Assembly: GCA_030141605.1 (NCBI GenBank)
Contig: JAQGDQ010001498.1
Span: 1 to 37,838 of the forward strand
Length of the DNA: 37,838 nucleotides
Direction: 5' to 3'
Origin: Tubiluchus corallicola
Lineage: Eukaryota; Animalia; Priapulida
Shown here: piece after piece, positions 11,825 through 25,095 of the stretch
How positions within the stretch are numbered: position 1 is the stretch's first letter
Layout of the letters: the number at the start of each line of letters is the position of its first letter
Notes under the pieces: model-generated
The model's input: the letters and a program-made list of their open reading frames with translations, nothing else
Told to the model about the DNA's origin: nothing
Databases searched by the model: none
Made by a program: the position numbers and the translations under genes

Positions 11825-13039
11825 TCTAGGACAAACACAACTTGTTGTCCAAGCGGAGGAATGTTCTACAACGGACACTGTTACCACTTTTTCGAAACTC
11901 CAAAAATACACTGGTGGAAAGCTAGAATGTGGTGCAAAACGCTAGGTGGTGACCTGCCATCTGTAACGACTCCTGCTGAACATAATTTTTTGACTAAGCA
12001 CGTTAAAGCCAGACCTGGCAAGTTATTTGGTTCAAGTTTTGCTGTGTTGCGTGTGATATGTGTTACTGCTATGTTAAATTTAGATGTATTTTCTGTTGCC
12101 TTGGTGTTTTTACGATGCTTAGTATGTTTGCAGATAGCCTGGCAAAGTGAAGCAGTTATTTTATCAATACTAGCACAAAACCCCTTAAATTTTGTAAATC
12201 AAAGCTTAGATTAAATAATAATTAACGCGGATAGTTAAATTTTGTTAAACTTTCAAATCTACGCGCGGCTCCGTGAATCTACTAAGATTGGCAACTGCTC
12301 CTTTTTGTCACATGCGCGTGGCCGACAGATAGAAGGCAGTACCATGATAACCATGATCGTGAACTGTTAGTTTCTAGCGTCATATGACGTAGAGCCCATT
12401 TTCGTGACAGCACGCGTATAAGCAGTACCGTAACACTTACGCTTGACGTGCAAGGGAAGATGCATGTTATTGCACAAACTGTGGTTAGTTTCTGACGTAA
12501 GCAATAGCAGTGTTCGGTTGCCGGTAATTAACTTTCTAAGCTAATTATTCAAATATAAGATACAATTGCTAACTTTTATAGGTAAGAAAATGTATGCTTT
12601 GTACAGTAAATTAAATGAGATGGAGTCTAGACAATCATCTGGTCTTCCTTTAAATACAGTAGCTGTTAAAGAGAATATGGAATGGTGACGTGTTGTACTT
12701 GTGACACATGTAATGTGGATATTCGGTACCCAGAGAGTACGACTTCTTTTAAGGATAAAATTCCAACTAATCGTTGATTCTGTTTAATAATGAAGTGACC
12801 TTGGCCTTTCTTTAGAAATGTATGATCCCTGGCTTGGTGGAACAGATCAACACAAAGAAGACAACTGGATCTGGATCTCTAATGGTCAGCCGTTCATATA
12901 CACCAATTGGGCAGGGAATACTCCTGATAACTCGCAAGGAAATGAACATTGTTTACAATTGCATAAGGGAAGTTACCAATGGAATGATATCAGATGTGAC
13001 AGACAGCTTTCATTCATTTGTAAATCCATTGCAGATTAA
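11825..13039 (+). pseudogene. C-type lectin copy A: exons 11825..12017 and 12816..13039 intact, signal-peptide exon deleted
   Basis: CTLD motifs CPSG..FYNGHCY, W.KA..WC...GGDL, WLGG, W.W.NG, NEHC, WND..C, FIC. The equivalent of 19981-20794 is missing. Confidence 0.8.
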
Positions 13040-13314
13040 TTTGAAGTTTTAAAGTCTAAAAATTTTTACTTTTATGTAATTAATTAATTAGATTGATTTG
13101 ATTTTTTTATTAGTTTTTAAATTTGCTTATTTGTTGCATTTTCATTTTGCTACGTATTTGCAGATTAAAAAAACATTAATGCAATAAGACATGAACCGAT
13201 ATAGCAGATTGTATATTTTGTGCAAAGTTTGCAATTCCTCACACAGAATAAATTAGTTCGTAAACCGGATTATGATTAATTAATGTTGGGACTAGAGATA
13301 GGGTTAGATTCCAC

Positions 13315-13702
13315 CTCTAACTCTGAATCCAAAAATTTTAAAAGATCCAATTTCGACTCCTAAAATTTTAGAAGATCCAACTCCTGACTCCAACTCCTGC
13401 CCTTTAGCAATAATCTCTAGTATTCTCAATATTTAGCTACAGTGGCATTTCATCATTACTTCTTATGCTCGAAAAACAGTCTAGCTGCATAGACACCAAT
13501 ACGAAAGCATCCCAAAATGTTAAAATTTAAAAGTAACTGGAGTTTGAATTTGCCTATATTTTACCGACTCTAACACCGACTTATTTAACAATAAGTGCAC
13601 ACCCGAGTTGCGACTCCGACTCCAGAACCCTAATTTTTGACAACTCTGACTCCCTTAGCAGTAGAATTCACTGTCGACTTCAACCACAACTGCACAGCCC
13701 TG
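13315..13702. mobile_element. Non-autonomous DNA-transposon fragment with GACTCC subterminal repeats ending in ...CAGCCCTG (second copy at ~23679-24208)
   Basis: Repeated (c)gactcc motifs and a CAGGG-type terminus on the reverse strand; the left end is not resolved. Confidence 0.6.
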
Positions 13703-14800
13703 CAAATTAAAGAAATGGATATGTATAGTAAGGTCAAAGCACCAAATGTTGCACAATACTAAAACCCATCTGGCTGATTAATTTTGAATATGGAGCCATC
13801 GAAAATTATCAAATACAGTCACAAGATTTCAAGATGGTCGACAAGATACAAAACAAAACAACAACAAAACCCACTCCAGCATGAGCGTTTGTGTCATCTC
13901 CATGCAAGAATATTTTATACTTGTTATCTAGGGAATAAATCTCTGTTGATTTCACATTTGTATTTCTTATAATGCCTAAAACGCCAATCCATATTTGTCT
14001 ACATCTTTTAAAAGATTTGTTTCCTTCAATTTTGTTCTAAAGCCTCGAACATTGAGTGTTCCAATTCTTATTATATCAGCATTATGATGACCCATGTGTT
14101 GTTCGTTCTTCTAATTCTACTGCTATAACTAAGCATAAAACTACAACAAGAATCCTTGCTGATGCTACCAAAACTACCATTACTGCGCGCTTGAATCATT
14201 GCAGAGAGCGCAGATGCCCAGCCATACGAGCAGGCGAGCATTTAAGACAAAATAGTTTAATTTAGATAACTGTTGCCAATTCATGAGGTCTATATCTTAT
14301 AGGAATTGTGAACAAGGTCTACCAGTTTTGTCCACTAACACGTATGTACAGTTACAGTGTAATGAGGTTATGTTTGAATGCTTGTATGGCTTCTGGAATG
14401 AATATGACACCTACAGTATTATATAATGCATTACGCACATTTATATACTCTGCTTGTTGTCTGAAACAGGCAAATACGTTAGGTAAATACCTTTCCACGA
14501 AAATCGTAAATTCCGTAGGCCCTTAATCACCTTAAAAAAGACTTAATGAGCTTTAACACTGTACAAAGTTTCATGCTTTTATATCAAACTGAGCATTTTG
14601 CACCATTCTGGTAGACTATGTACCCATTCATTTTTGTCAATTGGCAGCCATCGTTTTCACGTCATAATTAGTTCCTTTGCAGTGGTCAAATTTCCACCTA
14701 ATTTTGGATACATTATTCTCTGGATCAGAAATACTACAAGAAAACACCAAAATACGTTTTCTTGCAGTTTTGAGTGGTAGGGCTATTTCTTCATGATTCA

Positions 14801-15262
14801 GCGTACACCACTTTTCTGTAGATTAAGCATACAGCACTTTTCTGTAGATTAAGCATGCACTACTTTTCTGTAGATTAAGCATACACCACGTTTCTGTATA
14901 TTAAGTATAGACCACTTTACTATAGATTAAGCATAAACCGCCCCTCTGTACATTAAGCATACACCACGTTTCTGTATATTAAGTATAGAACACTTTACTG
15001 TAGACTAAGCATACACCGCCCCTCTGTAGATTAAGCATACACCACGTTGCTGTATATTAAGCATACACCACTTTTTTGTAGACTAAGTATACACCACTTT
15101 ACTGTAGAGTTAGCGTACACCACTTTTCTGTAGATTAAGCATGTACCACTTTTTTGTAGATTAAGCATACACCACTTTTCTGTAGATTAAGCATACACCA
15201 CTTTACTGTAGACTAACCATACACCACTTTTCTGTAGATTAAGCATACACCACTTTTCTGCA
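14801..15262. repeat. 26-bp minisatellite, ~17-18 copies (gcatacaccacttttctgtagattaa)
   Basis: Direct reading of the period. Confidence 0.95.
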
Positions 15263-15359
15263 TATTATAAGCCTTTCCAATTTATAGTTAATCTCTGGTC
15301 TCTCCTCTCTTGCTCTCTCTGTCTCCCATCTCTCTCTCTCTCTCTCTCTCTCTCTTCTG

Positions 15360-16300
<941 letters not shown>

Positions 16301-16756
16301 AAACAAGTAGTAGCTTTACATCACACTTTATATAAGCCGAGGCATTTCCAAGTCGTTGTCTGTAAATTAATTATTTATTATGTATATCACTTACATAAAT
16401 TTTTGTAAACCACTTGTCTTGCAAGCAACGTGGTTAGTAACAATATTTAAAAATCACACACATGCGCACCCGATTAATCAACTGAATGACCAACCAGAAA
16501 AACAAAAACTGACCAACACAAAATAGTTAGCAGACGTATTCTCAGATACGCTTTCACGTTTCCAGATTATCACATTTACTGTAAACATTTCGCGTTCCTT
16601 CATACTTTGTGCTGTAGAATTCTCGCATAATAAACTAGTTTAATTTGACGACGTGTTTTCTGGTTTTCTCTACGAGCTTTTCGAGAGAAACAAAACACAT
16701 TTTGAGTTACTAAGAATTGTCTTTGTTAACTACGTAAGTCTCTCAAAGGGACACAC

Positions 16757-16876
16757 GTAATATAATTATAATATTAATAATGTAATATAATTATAATATT
16801 AATAATGTAATATAATTATAATATTAATAATGTAATATAATTATAATATTAATAATGTAATATAATTGTAATATTA
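16757..16876. repeat. 25-bp AT-rich tandem repeat, ~4.8 copies
   Basis: Unit gtaatataattataatattaataat. Confidence 0.92.
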
Positions 16877-17639
16877 GAGAATCATAAAAATTAAAATACA
16901 AACAAGTCCAGTGAAAATAACATATGGCAGGTGTAGCAGGCCAAAGGAACCCTTGCCCAGATTAAACCCGGGTCTAGTTTAGTCTAGGCTAGAGTATTCC
17001 CAGAGGGTTAAACTGTCCTAGGCCTAACTACTCCGGGGGGGAGAATAGCCTATGCTAGACTATACTGGGGGGGGGGGGTGTATAACCTGGGCCTTGCTAT
17101 AATTCTTCAGGCCAGAATATACCCCACTTGTGAAAAGATTCTGGGAGACTGATCCTGAAATCATGACCACAGCGAATCTGCATAGTTGTAACATCATAAC
17201 CCACCCAAAGGTCGGTGACTCTATAGACATCCGCCTCACCCCCCTCCTCCGTTCCAGGCATCCTTCCTCGCACGTCTATGTGCATTCAAACTAGGCCTGA
17301 TAAACAAAGATTCTGAAAGGAAAATGGAACAAAAAACCGAACAGAAGGCCTCAAAAAAGAGAACGTTCGAAATTTTTCACAGTAGAAAATCCAACAATCT
17401 AACTAAACACACTTAAACTTGTAAGGCTGGTAATTTAGAATTTGTGGATTTATCGAAGAGTTTTCCAGAGTTACAAATGTAATTGCAATAGACAGTTTAC
17501 TGAGAACGACTTTAAACAGTAAGTGTAATAAATTTTATTTTCAAAAACATAATATTGCTGATCAGTTATCTTTTAAGTTATCTGATGAGTTTTAATTCAG
17601 GTTGTTCAGTAACGGTGATAATGATGGTACTACAAAAGA

Positions 17640-17649
17640 TATTATTATT

Positions 17650-17709
<60 letters not shown>

Positions 17710-17734
17710 CCATAATGATGATGATGATGATGAT
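17640..17734. repeat. Compound (TTA)n(TTG)n(GAT)n microsatellite
   Basis: Direct reading. Confidence 0.96.
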
Positions 17735-18259
17735 CAGAAAATTTTCTGATTTTTCTCATGGAGTAAGAAAGTTCGTTTCACAGTGGAGTTTTATACGGTA
17801 TGACTGTGTCTAAATTAAGTTATACCTGCAATTAATACCATTGATCAATGTAATTTCAGACCTGTTTATTTTATTTTTAGTAAAAGTTCTACTAACCACT
17901 TCAAAATATGAATATATACATACAAAATATATAAAATAAATATATGTGTGCATTATATATCTTTTTACGAATATAACTATCGATGTTGCAAAACACAAAC
18001 TCGTCAGTCTGTTAAAAGAAAGATCAAATCATATAATTTTATGCTGGAATAATAATAATGTATTTGAAGTAATAATTGGTTAGATGTACAGCATGTACTT
18101 AAGAATGAAGTCCGCAAAGATTTCTCACGCAAAAAGAAATATGCAGTAATTCTATAATGCAGCAAAGTTTCTCACGAAGAGGACGCATAGCTTTTAGTTG
18201 GCAGCAAAATTCTTCACGAGAAACTGTAGGAGGAATTCTGTTACTCGTCCTCACTGTGA

Positions 18260-18356
18260 AATGGGCCTTAGGACCTGCATAATCACTGGGGCAGTGTAGT
18301 CTAACAGTCTGGAATGGGCCTTAGGACCTGCATAATTACTGGGGCAGTGTAGTCTA
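18260..18356. repeat. 53-bp-period tandem duplication
   Basis: aatgggccttaggacctgcataatYactggggcagtgtagtcta at 18260 and 18313. Confidence 0.88.
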
Positions 18357-19712
18357 GCACTCCCCTAGGACAAGTCAAGTGTTAATGGATCAGGTCAAAG
18401 CTGTGTCATGACATTCTCACGTTTTATTTTTTTAAAACTTGGTTTTAATTCAACACACGGGCTGTTAACACAGGAAAACACGAAAGTTCTTTGCATGAGG
18501 TGTTTCTGCAGTCTTTATTTTCTAAACAAAGAGAAAAATACAAAAGAATACATAAAATTTGCAGTAATGTAATTTGAACAAAACTACAGAAATTTGAACA
18601 AAAAAATTACACAGAAAATTGCTATCTAATTAATAAACTTAGATTTACAAAAATCACTTATTTCGTTCGGCTAGAGAGAGCACACTGTTAATGGTTGAAG
18701 CATGACATTAAATTTCTCATATAAAAATTGCATTATCCATCAATTACAAGTAATTCTCTGCAATAACCAGTTGAGTCTGCCAGCAATTGCCCACTTGTCC
18801 CATTCAGTTTTTGGCTCCCTCATGCGGGAAAAGTAAAAAACGAATTATATGGGTAGTTGGGTAATTTGCCCATAACATGGGCATATGCGGATTTATTCCA
18901 TCAGGTGTAAACATTTTTTACTTTGGAAAATCCTGGACTTGACAATAATTTCACTAATCGCAGAAAATAAATCGCAAAACGTCTAAGTAATGACGTATAT
19001 TGACATCGTGTTTTGCCAACTTTTCAGCGACACCTTTTCCTATTTCAACTATAATAAACAAATAATAATAAACGATAAATAATAATAATAATAACAAATA
19101 ATAGATGTCATGGTACATCAAAACCTACGACATACGTGTTACCATAGATTTGGTACAATACCTGCCTCCCTGGTATAATAGCAACATCTAACTGATTGAA
19201 GTTTAACCTTACTGGCAAAGACAGCTAGAGCTTCAAAAACAAACCGCTAAGCAAGTGATTAAATGTGTAGCTTCCAGGTTAGCTTCTTGGGTAACGAGGT
19301 TAATTGCAGTGGACAGGCGGGGCAAAGGAAACCATCATTCTAGCTGAGCATAGTAAAACGTTCCCGCTTACAAACAAAACGGTACTTAACATGATTGTTT
19401 CTATGTATATTATAGGACAAGAGCGAACTAAGATGATATAACAGTCATAAAAGCTTATTAGTTACACGAAAGTGTCTTAGTGAATTATGTGATGCAAGAA
19501 TATTGAGTTAATTATGTCTAGTTATTTGAGTCAATTTCCGACAGTTTTTATATACATTTGAATAGAAGCAGCAGGTACCAGACGTTTTGAGTCAATTAAG
19601 CAATTAAGTCTATTAACCGTGAGTCCATTAAGCGACGCTGTGTGTAACACAAAAATAGTTTTATCATGCAAGAGACGGCGCTGCAAGAAATGGTGCTAAG
19701 AAGTTTGCATGA

Positions 19713-19910
19713 AGCGGCATTTACCAGACATCAGAAAGGCGTTATGCGTTAGCCACATGCGAAATCGCTGCGTATGAAAAATCAATAGGAAGCAGCTACT
19801 AAAACAGTAGCGCAGGTCTGATAAAACAATATCATTGTCGCATTGAAAAGAATATCAACTGATTTTTGTCTATAACGCATACGCATTCCAGATGTCTGGT
19901 AAACGCAGCT
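19713..19910. mobile_element. ~200-bp MITE, PIF/Harbinger-like
   Basis: ~40-bp imperfect TIRs (agcggcatttaccagacatcagaaaggcgttatgcgtta / taacgcatacgcattccagatgtctggtaaacgcagct), flanked by TGA and TAA. Only the right part survives in copy A (10307-10366). Confidence 0.7.
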
Positions 19911-20106
19911 TAAGAAGATGTGAATAATTTAACAAATCTATCCTGGCAGATTTGCACGCGCGAGAAATCTATTTAGTCATTATTTTGCAAACTCTTTTGC
20001 AATCTAAAATTTCATTTTATTTTCATATTTAATTACTACTTAATTACTGCTGCAAAATTTGTTTTTGCAGTTCATCTTCCTCTTGAAAGTACTTACAATA
20101 CGCACA

Positions 20107-23100
20107 ATGAATGTGGTTTCACTGATGGTTTTACTAGCACTGTCTGTCTTGAGTACTCTGGAAGGTACAAATGCAGGCAGTGAAACAGAAAATAACGAGG
20201 TAAACATGTACGTTAAAGCAAAGCCAATATTAAATTGTAGGTCAAAACAATCTACTCTTTAAAATATTGAAATGAAACACACTATTTTTTCAAAAATGGC
20301 TGACTTGATAGAAGTATTGCCACACAAAGACAATTTCGCATTCGTGCTACTAGTTCTTCACTGTTACATGCATTCCACCATTTGCTAGTTAGATGGGCAC
20401 TAGAGCGTGTATTTCGGAAACGCATTATACAAAAACGGGTGCTGTACCTCTCAGTTCAGATATATTTTTAGTTTGTGACGAACTGCACACGTTCGACAGC
20501 TCGTGCGTGGGTACAGCGGTAAATTTGAAATTTGAATTTTTATCTTAAAATTTGCCTAGTTTTAGTACATCACACTGAATATCTTATAGTAGCACTGTAC
20601 TTCAATTTTTGCTTTCACAAACACGTCGTCATTAATTAATATTTTAATTTATTATTTAATTATAAGAAACTCTCTTGCAGTATTGAAAAATGAGCACTGT
20701 ACTTCAATTTTTGCTTTCACAAACACGTCGTCATTAATTAATATTTTAATTTATTATTTAATTATAAGAAACTCTCTTGCAGTATTGAAAAATGATCCTG
20801 TCTTTCTTTAATACAAACCATTATTCGTTTTAACACTTTATATTGCTAGTAAATTAAGAAAATTAATTATTAGCAGTTTGCTTGAGGTCTCCACAGAAAT
20901 ATTATTTCCTTTAAATGTGTTTATTTACATGCTATTTTGCATAATGTATGTTACTGGCTATTCGTAAAGAAAACCAATACTTAAATAAATATGATAGCCA
21001 GCACTCAGTTAAGCAAAGACATGGTTTCATTCATGCACAAACACCTGCAACGTTTCGACACAGTTATTTGGGCTTTCAAAAACCAAATAGAAATTCGAAG
21101 CCTCGATTAAATTTTGATCTTTCTTTGCTCTTTATTACCTAAAACATGTCAGTCCATCTAAACATAACAGGAAATTAGTGCCAAAAATAACAAATTAACA
21201 AATAACAATAGCCAAAAGTCAATTTTACATAATTAAGAGCTATACACTGTACTGTCGTATTAATTAATACCTAGCTGTTATTTTAAACCAAATTTAAGTC
21301 TTTTAAAGCAATTAGAGGATATGAATACGTTGTTAGCCCCAAATCTTGAGCAATTGTAAACAGATAATGACAATATCTTATTAAATTATCATGACACGTC
21401 TTCACGGCCAAAATGACATGACTTATCAAGACTCATCAAAACTTGTCATGACACATCATGGCCAAAAATTGCCACAAGGTGGCCAAAGCCGACAAAAAGC
21501 GAAAGCTGCTAAGTACGCTAATGCAAGATTTCCAGTATAACAGTTATAGTCATGTTCACTCGACAATCTACTTAAATAAAAATACAAGGTAAAAAATCAA
21601 CAATGCGAGAAGTAAACAAAACAAACACCACACTGTAAACTTCCGTACCGCGTGATACGAAGACAAATATCTGTTGAAGCATTTCTGAAACAATAACCTC
21701 TATATGTCTGCTTTCGCTAAAATAGTTTGAGTAAAGTTTATTTTTTCTTGTGGTTAAAGCTGCTTGCTGATTATTGTTTTTTATTGTGAGGCGTGAGGTA
21801 GCCACGATGGGCATGGCAAACTATCAAGACTTTATTTAATAAGCAACACATTTATTTAACAACAAACACAACACGATAAATATAAGAGGATAGTAATGCC
21901 AGCCCTCTGTCTTCAAGTCAGTTCCTAATTTCCCTCGAGGTGCGGGCCTTATAAGGATTACATCATCAATCTTTACTTCTGTCAGCCAGTGGAACACCAG
22001 TTGGTCACGTGATGTCATACCTAACTAGGCTTCTGTCCACGTCGATAATTTAAGCTTGCATCGTCAAACATTTAATCTTGAATTATTAATTTAATAATTT
22101 AATCATCAATTTTATCTAAATTATTATTTAACACAGCTTTCCTTTACACTTTTCTTATAAACGAGAATTCGTTTTTCTCTAGTCTAGGACAAACACAACT
22201 TGTTGTCCAAGCGGAGGAATGTTCTACAACGGACACTGTTACCACTTTTTCGAAACTCCAAAAATACACTGGTGGAAAGCTAGAATGTGGTGCAAAACGC
22301 TAGGTGGTGACCTGCCATCTGTAACGACTCCTGCTGAACATAATTTTTTGACCAAGCACGTTAAAGCCAGACCTGGCAAGTTATTTGGTTCAAGTTTTGC
22401 TGTGTTGCGTGTGATATGTGTTACTGCTATGTTAAATTTAGATGTATTTTCTGTCTCCTTGGTGTTTTTACGATGCGTTGTATGTTTGCAGATAGCCTGG
22501 CAAAGTGAAGCAGTTATTGTATCAATACTAGCACAAAACCCCTTAATTTTTTTAAATCAAAGCTCAGATTAAATAATAATTAGCGTGGATAGTTAAATTT
22601 TGTTAAACTTTCAAATCTAAGTGCGGCTTCATGAATCTACTAAGATTGGTAACTGCGCCTTTTTGTCACATGCGCGTGGCCGACAGATAGAAGGCAGTAC
22701 CGTGATAACCATGATCATAAACTGTTAGTTTCTAGCGTCATATGACGTAAAGCCCATTTTCGTGACAGCACGCGTATAAGCAGTACCGTAACACTTACGC
22801 TTGACGTGCAAGGGAAAATGGCTGTTATTGCACAAACTGTGGTTAGTTTCTGACGTAAGCAATAGCTGTGTTCGGTTGCCGGTAATTAACTTTCTAAGCT
22901 AATTATTCAAATATAAGATACAATTGCTAACTTTTATAGGCAAGAAAGTGTATACTTTGAACAGTAAATTAAAATGAGATGGAGTCCAGACAATCATCGG
23001 GTCTTCTTTGAAATACAGTAGCAGTTAAAGAGAGTATGTAATAGTCACGTGTTGTGCTTGGGACACATGTAATGTGGATATTCGGTACCCAGAGAGTACG

Positions 23101-23389
23101 ACTTCTTTTAAGGATAAAATTCCAACTAATCGTTGATTCTGTTTAATAATGAAGTGACCTTGACCTTTCTTTAGAAATGTATGATCCCTGGCTTGGTGGA
23201 ACAGATCAACACAAAGAAGATCACTGGATGTGGATTTCTAATGGTCAGCCATTCATATACACTAATTGGTCATGGAATCAGCCTCAAAAAAATGAACACT
23301 GTTTACAATTGCGTAGGGACTCTTACCAATGGCATGATATCAGTTGTGACAGACAGCTTTCATTCATTTGTAAATCCATTGCAGATTAA
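20107..23389 (+). CDS. Secreted single-domain C-type lectin, join(20107..20199,22183..22375,23175..23389), ~166 aa
   Basis: Signal peptide MNVVSLMVLLALSVLSTLEG. Phase-0 intron GAG|gtaaac...tctag|TCT and phase-1 intron CTG|gcaagt...tttag|AA. Complete long-form CTLD cysteine pattern with WLGG and WHD motifs. Confidence 0.9.
20213..20811. mobile_element. TTAA-flanked non-autonomous element (Kolobok-like) in lectin intron 1; homologous to 35883-36430
   Basis: TTAA-AGCAAAGCC...CCTGTCTTTCT-TTAA, with long colinear similarity to 35883-36430. Confidence 0.7.
20591..20794. repeat. Perfect 102-bp tandem duplication
   Basis: 20591-20692 equals 20693-20794. Confidence 0.95.
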
Positions 23390-24289
23390 TTTGGAGTTTT
23401 AAAGTCTGAAAAATTTTACTTTCATGTAATTAATTAATTAGTTAATTAGAATGATTTGATGTTTTTTATTAGTTTTTCAATTTTCTTATTTGTTACATTT
23501 TCATTTTGCTGCATATTTACAGATTAAAAAAACATTAAAGACATTAACCGATATAGCAGATTGTATATTTTGTGCAAAGTTTGCAATTCCTCACACAGAA
23601 GAAATTAGTTCGTAAACCGGATTATGATTAATTAATGTTGGGACTAGAGATAGTGTTAGATTTGGGGTTAGAATTATAGACTCTGTCCGACTTTTAAACT
23701 AAAGTCCGGCTCTGGCTCCGACTCCTGAAATTTTAGATCCAGATCCGACTCTGACTCCGACTCCAACATTTTTAGAAGATCCAGTTCCGACTCCCAAAAT
23801 TTTAGAAGATCCAACTCAGACTCCTAAATTTTTAGAAGATCTAACTTCTGCCCTTAAGCAATAATTTATAGTATTCTCAATATTTAGCTACTACATGTGT
23901 ATTTCATCATTATTCTTCATTATTTATTCATCATTATTCAGGCATTTCATCACTACTTCTTATCCTCGAAAAACAGTCTAGCTGCATAGACACCAATACG
24001 AAACCATCCCAAAATCTTGCGCTTCAATGTGTTAAAATTTAAAAGTACCTGGAGTTTGAATTTGTCTATATTTTACCGACTCTAACACCAACGTATTTAA
24101 CAATAAGTGCACACCCGAGTTGCGACTCCGACTCCAGAACCCTAATTTTTTACAACTCTGACTCCTTTAGCAGCAGAATTTACTATCGACCACAACTGCA
24201 CAACCCTGCAAATTACAGAAATGGATATGTATAGTAAGGTCAATTTGCCAAGTTGCCTCTAAAAAATTGCCTAGTCTATATAATGGAAT

Positions 24290-25095
24290 TAGTCTATACC
24301 GGTTTGTGAAAAAATGTTCATTAGAATTTAAAAGCAAGAAATGTTGCACAGCGCTAGAGTTCATTAAAGTGATTAATTTTGACTGCGAAGTCAAACGAAA
24401 TTCATCAAAATGGTCGCTATTTTCAAGATGGCTAACACTATGACTGTTGTTAGTTCATAAGGGCTATAAGTTAGTTATCAGAAAAGACAGGATCATGATT
24501 TTGGTGTCTAAGTATAGGTTTGGTTCCAAGGTCAAGGAATCCGTATCTGATGTTTAAATGCATCTGTAATATCACTTCTAAATGGCGGCAAAGATGGCTG
24601 CAAATGTTGCACCAAACGATGGAATTGCTCATTTTGCCTTAAAAGCACCAAATGTTGCACAATACTAAAACCCATCTGGCTGATTAATTTTGAATATGGA
24701 GCCATCGAAAATTATCAATTATAGTCACAAATCTCAAGATGCCCGACAAGATAGCTGTTGCCAATTCGTGAGGACTATATCTTATAGGGATTGTGAACAA
24801 AGTCTACCAGTTTTGTCAACTAACACGTATGTACTGTTACAGCGTTGTGAGGTTATGTTTGAATTCTTGTATGGCTTCTGGCATGAATATGACACCTACA
24901 GTATTATATAATGCATTACGCACATTCATATACTCTGCTTGTTGTCTGTAGCAGGCAAATACGTTAGGTAAATAACTTTCCACGAAAATCCGTAGTCCCT
25001 TAATCACCTTAAAAAACACTTAACGAGCTTTAACAGTGTACTAAGTCTCATGCTTTTAAATCAAACTGAGCATTTTTCACCATTCTGGTAGACTA
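24290..25095. mobile_element. Non-autonomous TIR element with TAG...CTA termini (Academ-like); a partial copy ends at ~14617
   Basis: Left end tagtctataccggtttgtgaaaaaatgttca versus reverse complement of the right end tagtctaccagaatggtgaaaaatgctca. The superfamily assignment is tentative. Confidence 0.55.

Larger units (their letters stand above)
10307..14620 (+). repeat. Segmental duplication copy A (paired with 19851-25100)
   Basis: 10307-10436 matches 19851-19980, and 10437 onward matches 20795 onward (offset 10358). Homology continues with indels to ~14620/25100. Confidence 0.95.

Noticed and set aside
5193-11830. Splicing of the orphan exon across the LINE to give lectin copy A a new N-terminus
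   Set aside because: The donor at 5578 is phase 1, while the lectin acceptors at 11825 and 11830 need phase 0 or 2.
12018-12214. Hydrophobic C-terminal extension of the lectin ORFs suggesting a TM anchor
   Set aside because: Read-through into intron 2; the CTLD is completed only by splicing to exon 3.
14801-15262. 26-bp array as a CRISPR or coding repeat
   Set aside because: No spacers, the period is not a multiple of 3 and there is no ORF; it is an ordinary minisatellite.
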